Part shown: positions 57,669 to 64,000 of the stretch, one piece after another | Numbering within the stretch: the stretch's first letter is position 1 | Layout of the letters: each line of letters begins with the position of its first letter | Source: Oscillospiraceae bacterium | Lineage (GTDB): Bacteria > Bacillota > Clostridia > Oscillospirales > Oscillospiraceae | Reading direction: 5' to 3' | Length of the DNA: 64,000 nucleotides | NCBI GenBank assembly: GCA_017436035.1 | Contig: JAFSDV010000005.1 | Coordinates: 1,244 to 65,243 of the forward strand | The notes under the pieces: generated by a model | The model's input: the letters and a program-made list of their open reading frames with translations, nothing else | The model's database searches: none | What the model was told of the DNA's origin: nothing | Made by a program: the position numbers and the translations under genes

Positions 57669-59951
57669 ATGATTCAGAGCATCATCAAGCGCGACGGACG
57701 TGTAGTTCTGTACGATCAGAACAAGATCGCCGCTGCCATTTTGAAATCCCTGGAAGCAGCCCGTGAGGGCGATGCCGCGGATGCCGCAAGAGTGGCAAAT
57801 GACGTCCAGCGGGAGCTGGAGGGACAGTTCCCCTCTGAAGCCCCCAATATTGAAGCGATTCAGGATGCGGTAGAGCGGCAGCTGATGAACCACGGCTTCC
57901 CCGCTGCAGCCAAGGCCTACATTTTGTACCGGGCAAACCGTACCCGCGCCCGGGAGGCAAATACCGCACTGATGAAGACCATCGATGAGATCACCAACAT
58001 CGATGCCCGCATCAGTGACATGAAGCGTGACAACGCCAATATCGACGGCAATACTGCCATGGGCTCCATGCTGCAGATCGGTGCAGCCGGTGCAAAGGCC
58101 TACAATGAAATGTATCTGCTGCGCCCGGAGCATGCCAAGGCATACCGGGAGGGCGACATTCATATCCATGACTTCGACTTCTACTCCCTGACCACTACTT
58201 GCTGCCAAACAGACATTATTAAGCTCTTTAAGGGCGGCTTCTCCACCGGTCACGGCTACCTGCGTGAGCCCCAGAGTATTCAGAGCTATGCTGCCCTGGC
58301 TGCCATCGCCATCCAGTCCAATCAGAACGATCAGCACGGCGGTCAGTCCATTCCCAACTTTGACTACGGTATGGCAGAGGGCGTTGCCAAGACCTTCCGC
58401 AAGGCTTACATTCGCCGGCTGAAGGAAGCTTTGGAGGATCTGCTGGATCTGGAGGATGAGCAGCAGAGCATCTCTGCGCTGGTTGCTTCCGCGGAGGAAG
58501 CCTGCGGCACCACTGCCCGGCTGGAAAATGAACCGGACTTTGACCGCACTGTTGCGGTGAAGCTGACTGAAAAGTATGCGCTGACCCAGGATCAGGCAGC
58601 TGCCTTGATCTCCCGCTCCAGAAAGCGCGCATGGCAGAAGACCGACCGGGACACCAAGCAGGCTATGGAGGGCTTTGTCCACAACCTGAACACCATGCAC
58701 TCCCGCGCCGGTGCGCAGACACCCTTCTCCTCGATCAACTACGGCACAGACACCACACCCGAGGGCCGGATGGTCATCCGAAATGTGCTGCTGGCACTGG
58801 ATGCGGGCCTGGGCCACGGCGAGACCTGTATCTTCCCCATCCACATCTTCAAGGTCAAAGAGGGCGTGAACTACAACGAAACCGACCCCAACTATGATCT
58901 GTTCCGGCTCAGCTGTAAGGTCAGTGCCCGCCGCCTGTTCCCCAACTACACCTTCCTGGACAGTCCCTTCAACCTGCAATATTATGTCCCCGGCCGTCCT
59001 GAGACTGAAGTGGCGACCATGGGCTGCCGTACCCGGGTTATGGGTAACACCTACGATCCCACCCGTGAGATCGCATACGGCAGAGGCAACCTGTCCTTTA
59101 CCTCGATCAACCTGCCCAGAATCGCCATTGAAGCAAAGGGCGACGAGAAGGTGTTCTACGAAAAGCTGCAGGCCATGCTGGAGCTGGTTGCCCAGCAGCT
59201 GCTGGACCGCTTCGAGATTCAGGCGAGCAAGCACATCTACAACTATCCCTTCCTGATGGGTCAGGGTGTGTGGCTGGATTCCGAGAAGCTGAACAACAAC
59301 GACGATCTGCGTGAGGTGCTCAAGCACGGCACACTGTCCATCGGCTTCATCGGCCTGGCGGAGACGCTGACTGCCCTGTACGGCAAGCATCACGGCTGTG
59401 CCGAAGAAATTCAGGAAAAGGGTCTGCAGATTCTGGGCTTTATGCGCAAGTACTGCGATGACAAGTCTCAGGAGCTGAAGATGAACTTCTCCCTGTTGGG
59501 CACACCGGCAGAAGGGCTGTCCGGTCGCTTCATCCGTATGGATCAGAAGCGTTACGGCAAGATCCCCGGTGTCACCGACCGTGAGTACTATACCAACTCC
59601 TTCCACATCCCTGTTTGGTATAATATTTCCGTATATGACAAGATCCGTTTGGAAGCGCCTTATCATGCCCTGTGTAACGCCGGACACATCAGCTATGTAG
59701 AGCTGGACGGTGATACAGCGCACAATGTGGAAGCCTTTGAGTCCGTTGTCCGCTGCATGCACGACTGCGGCATTGGCTACGGCTCGATCAACCACCCGGT
59801 AGACCGGGATCCGGTCTGCGGTTATGTGGGCATCATCGGTGATGTATGTCCCCGCTGCGGTCGCCACGAGGGTGAGCAGATCGATCCGGACCGGGTAGAG
59901 GAACTGAGAAGAAAGTATCCCCAAATGCCCGCGTTTCAGGGAATTGAGTAA
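57669..59951 (+). CDS. nrdD: Class III anaerobic ribonucleotide reductase, large catalytic chain lacking the glycyl-radical loop
   Basis: ATP cone (IKRDGR), TTTCC, finger loop ATMGCRT, TPAEGL, YYTNS, Zn ribbon (DPVCG..CPRCG); ends without R.TGY. Confidence 0.95.
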   Translation: MIQSIIKRDGRVVLYDQNKIAAAILKSLEAAREGDAADAARVANDVQRELEGQFPSEAPNIEAIQDAVERQLMNHGFPAAAKAYILYRANRTRAREANTALMKTIDEITNIDARISDMKRDNANIDGNTAMGSMLQIGAAGAKAYNEMYLLRPEHAKAYREGDIHIHDFDFYSLTTTCCQTDIIKLFKGGFSTGHGYLREPQSIQSYAALAAIAIQSNQNDQHGGQSIPNFDYGMAEGVAKTFRKAYIRRLKEALEDLLDLEDEQQSISALVASAEEACGTTARLENEPDFDRTVAVKLTEKYALTQDQAAALISRSRKRAWQKTDRDTKQAMEGFVHNLNTMHSRAGAQTPFSSINYGTDTTPEGRMVIRNVLLALDAGLGHGETCIFPIHIFKVKEGVNYNETDPNYDLFRLSCKVSARRLFPNYTFLDSPFNLQYYVPGRPETEVATMGCRTRVMGNTYDPTREIAYGRGNLSFTSINLPRIAIEAKGDEKVFYEKLQAMLELVAQQLLDRFEIQASKHIYNYPFLMGQGVWLDSEKLNNNDDLREVLKHGTLSIGFIGLAETLTALYGKHHGCAEEIQEKGLQILGFMRKYCDDKSQELKMNFSLLGTPAEGLSGRFIRMDQKRYGKIPGVTDREYYTNSFHIPVWYNISVYDKIRLEAPYHALCNAGHISYVELDGDTAHNVEAFESVVRCMHDCGIGYGSINHPVDRDPVCGYVGIIGDVCPRCGRHEGEQIDPDRVEELRRKYPQMPAFQGIE

Positions 59952-59977
59952 TCAGAACATAATAGGAGGAATTGAAT

Positions 59978-60139
59978 ATGACGATCAAATCAAATAATGA
60001 GAAAATGGGTCAGGGTGTAGGCTTTGAGCGGATTCGCCGGATCACCGGCTACCTGGTCGGTACAATGGACAAGTGGAACGATGCCAAGCGTGCTGAGGAG
60101 CGGGACCGTGTAAAGCACGGCATGGGTAAGAATGCTTGA
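59978..60139 (+). CDS. 53-aa stand-alone NrdD glycyl-radical domain peptide
   Basis: Translates MTIKSNNEKMGQGVGFERIRRITGYLVGTMDKWNDAKRAEERDRVKHGMGKNA; AGGAGG SD at 59964-59969; overlaps the nrdG start. Confidence 0.9.
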   Translation: MTIKSNNEKMGQGVGFERIRRITGYLVGTMDKWNDAKRAEERDRVKHGMGKNA

Positions 60140-60644
60140 TCTTGCCGGTATTACAGGCGACAGCATCGTAGACGGTCCGGGCATCCGTACAACGGTGTTC
60201 AGTCAGGGCTGTCCCCATCACTGCAAAGGCTGCCACAATCCGGAGACTTGGGAATTTGGAGTCGGCACACCGATGGACGAGGAGACAGTGCTTCAGATCA
60301 TCCGGTCGAATCCGCTGTGCCGGGGCGTGACCTTCTCCGGCGGAGAACCCTTTGCCCAGGCGGCGGGCTTTGCCGGACTGGCACGGATGCTGAAGGAGCA
60401 TGGCTATGAGGTGGCATCCTATTCAGGCTATACCTTTGAGCAGCTGCTCGACGGAACACCGGCGCAGCGGGAGCTTTTGGGGCTGATCGATATTTTGATT
60501 GACGGACCGTTTTTGCTGGAGGAGCGAAGCCTGGAGCTGAATTTCCGGGGCAGCCGCAATCAGCGCATATTGGATGTACCGGCGTCTTTGGCAGCAGGAA
60601 AGGCTGTCAGCACGACCCAGCCTCGCTGGCTGAGCGAATACTGA
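60132..60644 (+). CDS. nrdG: Anaerobic RNR activating radical SAM enzyme
   Basis: DSIVDGPGIR, QGCPHHCKGCHNPETW, TFSGGEP and FRGSRNQR. Confidence 0.96.
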   Translation: MLDLAGITGDSIVDGPGIRTTVFSQGCPHHCKGCHNPETWEFGVGTPMDEETVLQIIRSNPLCRGVTFSGGEPFAQAAGFAGLARMLKEHGYEVASYSGYTFEQLLDGTPAQRELLGLIDILIDGPFLLEERSLELNFRGSRNQRILDVPASLAAGKAVSTTQPRWLSEY

Positions 60645-60650
60645 AAGAAA

Positions 60651-60681
60651 GGCCGCACCTTTGAAAAAGGTGCGGTCTTTT
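60651..60681 (+). terminator. nrd operon terminator
   Basis: ggccgcaccttt-gaa-aaaggtgcggtc then tttt. Confidence 0.8.
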
Positions 60682-60858
60682 GAGAGGGAAGGAAAAACGG
60701 GCCTCCAATAAGTTGATTCATATCGATATATTTGTGCTTTTTGAGCAAAAAAAGAAAAATCCAAGAAAATCAAGTGGACAAAGTTCACAAAGTGCGATAT
60801 GATATAACTGTTAATACGGTGAAGCTCCGTATGTATAGTTTACTAAGAGGTGATACCT

Positions 60859-62181
60859 ATGGCGTTCTCGTTCTTTGGTGGCATTCATCCCAAGGAAAAC
60901 AAGTGGTACGCGGAAAAACACCCGGTCTATCCGTTCCCTGAACCGGATATTCTGGTAATTCCCATGTCACAGCATATCGGCGCGCCCTGTGCGCCGTTGG
61001 TGAAAAAAGGAGACCCTGTTACAATGGGTCAGAAGATCGGCGACGGACAAGGTTTATGTGTGCCGGTCCATGCACCGGTATCCGGAAAAGTAAAGGCTGT
61101 GGAGATGCGTCCCCACACCAGCGGAACGATGATGATGAGCGTGGTCATTGAAAATGATCACTTGGATACCCTGTGCCCGGATATTAAGTCCCGCACCCTG
61201 GAGGAAGCCCAGGCACTGACCCCCGAGGAATTGATGCAGATCATCCGGGAGGCGGGTATCGTGGGTATGGGCGGCGCCACATTCCCCACCCATGTAAAGC
61301 TCAGCTCCGGACTTGGAAAGGTAGACACGATCATTGTAAACGTGTCAGAGTGTGAGCCGTACATCGTAGCCGACGACCGGCTGTGTCAGGAATATCCTGC
61401 GGAAGTGGTTTCCGGACTGCAGATCATTATGAAGGTGTTGGGGTTGGACAGCGCCCATATCGCACTGGAGGACAATAAACCTGCGGCTGCAAAGGCTCTG
61501 AAGCAGGCAATGGAGGGCAAGGACGGGATCGTGCTGGATATTCTTCCTTCTAAATATCCTCAGGGCGCGGAGAAGCAGCTGATCTATGCGGTGACCGGGC
61601 GGCAGGTGCCCTCCGGCGGTCTGCCTGCGGCAGTGGGCTGCGCCGTGTTCAACGCAGGCACCTGCAAGGCGATCCATGACGCGGTGTATGACGGAATGCC
61701 TCTGATCCGCCGGATTGTGACGGTTTCCGGTGACATTGTGATGGAGCCCAAAAACCTGCTTGTTGCCATCGGCACAAGCTTCAATGAGCTTCTGGAAGCA
61801 GTTGGACATAAGGAAAACCCCTATAAAGTGCTTTCCGGCGGTCCTATGATGGGTGCGGCACAGTACGATCTGGCTGTTCCCGTGATCAAGGGCACGAACG
61901 CGGTGACGATTTTGGGTCAGAAGAATAAGTACATTGTAGAAAATGCCCGGTGTCTCCGCTGCGGAAAGTGCATCGAGGTTTGTCCCATGAATCTGATGCC
62001 GGTACTGATCTATAAGGCTATGTATACCGGTGATACAAAAGATGTGATGGCGGTGGATCTGATGGATTGCATCGAATGTGGCTGCTGCGCCTATACCTGC
62101 CCTGCAGGTGTGCCGCTGGTGCTGGGCTTCCGGGCAGCGAAGCAGCGGGTGCGGGATGCCCAGACTGCAGCAAAAAAGTAA
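60859..62181 (+). CDS. rnfC: Rnf electron transport complex subunit C
   Basis: QHIGAP, GIVGMGGATFPTHVK, ECEPY, YPQGAEK, GGPMMG and two CxxCxxCxxxCP motifs. Confidence 0.96.
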   Translation: MAFSFFGGIHPKENKWYAEKHPVYPFPEPDILVIPMSQHIGAPCAPLVKKGDPVTMGQKIGDGQGLCVPVHAPVSGKVKAVEMRPHTSGTMMMSVVIENDHLDTLCPDIKSRTLEEAQALTPEELMQIIREAGIVGMGGATFPTHVKLSSGLGKVDTIIVNVSECEPYIVADDRLCQEYPAEVVSGLQIIMKVLGLDSAHIALEDNKPAAAKALKQAMEGKDGIVLDILPSKYPQGAEKQLIYAVTGRQVPSGGLPAAVGCAVFNAGTCKAIHDAVYDGMPLIRRIVTVSGDIVMEPKNLLVAIGTSFNELLEAVGHKENPYKVLSGGPMMGAAQYDLAVPVIKGTNAVTILGQKNKYIVENARCLRCGKCIEVCPMNLMPVLIYKAMYTGDTKDVMAVDLMDCIECGCCAYTCPAGVPLVLGFRAAKQRVRDAQTAAKK

Positions 62182-62196
62182 GGAGGAGGAAGTCAA

Positions 62197-63195
62197 ATGG
62201 CACAGATGAAATACTTTTATGAGCTGACGATTTCCAGCTCCCCCCACATTCACTCCAAGATGACCACCCAGACCATTATGCGGGATGTGCTGATCGCCTT
62301 AGCACCCGCGTTGCTGGGAAGTGTGTACTTTTTCGGCTTTCGGGCACTGATGGTCACGCTGATCAGCGTGGCGGCCTGTGTGTTTTTTGAATGGGCGTAT
62401 TGCAAGGTGATGAAGGTCCACTGCAAGGTCTATGACCTGTCAGCGATCGTTACCGGTGTGCTTTTAGCATTTGTGTGCCCTGTGACCGTGCCTTACTGGT
62501 GTATCATTATCGGTGATTTCTTTGCCATCGTCGTTGTTAAGCAGCTGTTTGGCGGTTTGGGAAGAAATATCGTCAACCCTGCGCTGGCAGCCCGGGCGTT
62601 TATGTTCAGCTGGCCGGTGATTATGAATACATGGGTCAAGGTGGGCTTCTCAAATGCTGCGGGAATCTTTTCCACCGCTGATGCAGTGACTGCGGCAACG
62701 CCGCTGGCATCTATGCATCAGGGTCAGCTTCCGTCAGAGGGGCTGCTGGATCTGTTCCTTGGCAATGTAGGAGGCTGCATCGGTGAGACCTCCGCGCTGC
62801 TGCTGTTGGTTGGATTTATATATTTATTGGTCCGTAAGGTGGTCAGCCTGCGGATCCCGGCGGCGTTTTTGGGTACGGTGGCGGTTTTGAGCCTGCTGTT
62901 CCCCATGGGTAATGACCGGCTGACCTGGTGCGCCGCGCAGCTGTGCGCCGGCGGTGTGATGCTGGGTGCGCTGTTCATGGCGACGGACTATGTGACCAGC
63001 CCGGTGACCAAGCTGGGTCAGGTGATTTTTGGAATCGGCTGCGGCGTGCTGACCGTTGTGATTCGCTATTTTGGCGGCTATAACGAGGGTGTCAGCTATG
63101 CCATCCTGGTAATGAACTGCTGCGTGGTTCTGCTGGATCGGATCGGTCGTCCCAAGAAGTTTGGCACTCCTAAAAAGGAGGTAGCGAAAAGATGA
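62197..63195 (+). CDS. rnfD: Rnf complex subunit D
   Basis: SSPHIH, KQLFGGLG.NIVNPA, TAATPL (FMN site), GETS and FMATDYVTSP. Confidence 0.96.
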   Translation: MAQMKYFYELTISSSPHIHSKMTTQTIMRDVLIALAPALLGSVYFFGFRALMVTLISVAACVFFEWAYCKVMKVHCKVYDLSAIVTGVLLAFVCPVTVPYWCIIIGDFFAIVVVKQLFGGLGRNIVNPALAARAFMFSWPVIMNTWVKVGFSNAAGIFSTADAVTAATPLASMHQGQLPSEGLLDLFLGNVGGCIGETSALLLLVGFIYLLVRKVVSLRIPAAFLGTVAVLSLLFPMGNDRLTWCAAQLCAGGVMLGALFMATDYVTSPVTKLGQVIFGIGCGVLTVVIRYFGGYNEGVSYAILVMNCCVVLLDRIGRPKKFGTPKKEVAKR

Positions 63196-63743
63196 AAAAG
63201 AAACATACGGCTTCCTATATTTTGCGTTTGGCACTGACGCTGTTGGTGATCACCGCGGTGGTAGCGGCGGCACTGGCGGCAGTCAACGCTGTGACAGGAC
63301 CGATCATTCAGCAGATCACCGAAAGAAAAACCCAGCAAGCAATTGAGGCGGTGCTGCCCGGCGGCGGGGAGAAGCTGGAACACTTTACAGACCCGTCCGG
63401 TCTTGTACAGGCGGTATATGCTTCCGATAAGGGCTATGCGGTGCAGGTTGCCCCTGTGGGCTTTGACGGTGAGATCGTGATGATGGTGGGCGTTGGAAAA
63501 GACGGCAAGGTGCTGGGGATCGATATTATTTCCAACACTGAAACAGCGGGTCTTGGCGCTGTTGCAGGCGCGGACAATTCCAAGGGCGAGGCGTTCCGTG
63601 AGCAATTTGCGGACAAGAGCGGGGAATTGGCTGTAGATAAGGACGGCGGTCAGATCGATTCGCTGACCAGCGCTACCATTACCTCCCGTGCGGTGGTCAA
63701 GGGCGTGAACGCAGCACTGGCTTGCGTAGCCGGTTTGGGTTAA
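63192..63743 (+). CDS. rnfG: Rnf complex subunit G
   Basis: TM anchor, GFDGEI, ETAGLG and TSATITS (FMN site). Confidence 0.93.
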   Translation: MKKKHTASYILRLALTLLVITAVVAAALAAVNAVTGPIIQQITERKTQQAIEAVLPGGGEKLEHFTDPSGLVQAVYASDKGYAVQVAPVGFDGEIVMMVGVGKDGKVLGIDIISNTETAGLGAVAGADNSKGEAFREQFADKSGELAVDKDGGQIDSLTSATITSRAVVKGVNAALACVAGLG

Positions 63744-63755
63744 GGAGGCGTTCTG

Positions 63756-64000
63756 ATGAATTTTAAGAAACAGTTATATGAAGGACTGCTGACCAAAAAC
63801 CCGGTGCTGGTGCAGCTTTTGGGTATGTGTTCCACGCTGGCAATCACCACCAGCCTGTTTAACGGACTGGGTATGGGCTTGTCTGTTACCATCATTTTGA
63901 TCTGCTCCAATGTGCTGATCTCTGCGCTGCGGAAGGTGATTCCTTCCCAAATTCGGATCGCGGCATATATCGTGATCATCGCGGGCTTTGTGACGATCGT
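63756..64000 (+). CDS. rnfE: Rnf complex subunit E (3' truncated by window)
   Basis: MNFKKQLYEGLLTKNPVLVQLLGMCSTLAITTS..GLGMGL..IRIAAY; AAGGAGG RBS. Confidence 0.92.
   Translation, partial: MNFKKQLYEGLLTKNPVLVQLLGMCSTLAITTSLFNGLGMGLSVTIILICSNVLISALRKVIPSQIRIAAYIVIIAGFVTI

Noticed and set aside
59940-59980. nrdD split explained as a sequencing frameshift, programmed frameshift or stop read-through
   Set aside because: Stops block both routes (TAG at 59963 in the peptide frame, TGA at 59973 in the nrdD frame). The small ORF has its own AGGAGG SD, and both chains have extra non-homologous tails.
60773-60790. Rex operator upstream of rnfC
   Set aside because: Only the TTCACAA half-site matches; the left half does not fit TTGTGAA.

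Overview
A mostly housekeeping chromosomal segment from a spore-forming anaerobic Firmicute (Clostridia, probably Oscillospiraceae-like; inferred from gene content and order). In order, it holds: holB(partial)-ricT; GH25 muramidase; thrR/pheB-like ACT regulator; ytvI; recJ-rel-dtd-MBL-hemZ; an amidohydrolase and a SpoVB/MurJ flippase; hup-rqcP; dnaD/dnaC-like-HAD-yfbR; tRNA-Leu(TAA); perR with reverse rubrerythrin; an ADP-ribosylglycohydrolase homolog; rimP-nusA-ylxR-L7Ae-infB-rbfA-nrnA-truB-ribF; rpsO-pnp; two surface proteins; fbp; a U32 protein, maf, mreC, mreD and PBP2; trmB-mnmG; murI; a DUF2975/XRE/DUF4153 cluster; nrdD-nrdG; and the start of the rnf operon. The main finding is a naturally split class III ribonucleotide reductase. 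The 760-aa NrdD stops after its Zn-ribbon and has no glycyl-radical loop. That loop (RRITGYL) is encoded by a separate 53-aa ORF (59978-60139, absent from the ORF track) with its own Shine-Dalgarno, lying between nrdD and nrdG. This suggests a detachable, replaceable glycyl-radical subunit. Other observations: two apparent pseudoenzymes (an ARH and an amidohydrolase lacking metal ligands), a small AT-rich cargo between ~85-bp direct repeats, a MITE-like element, GTAG-type REP palindromes, an AT-rich gene resembling TipC immunity proteins, and structured leaders before rimP, rpsO and pnp. All family assignments come from motif recognition by eye; no database search was run.
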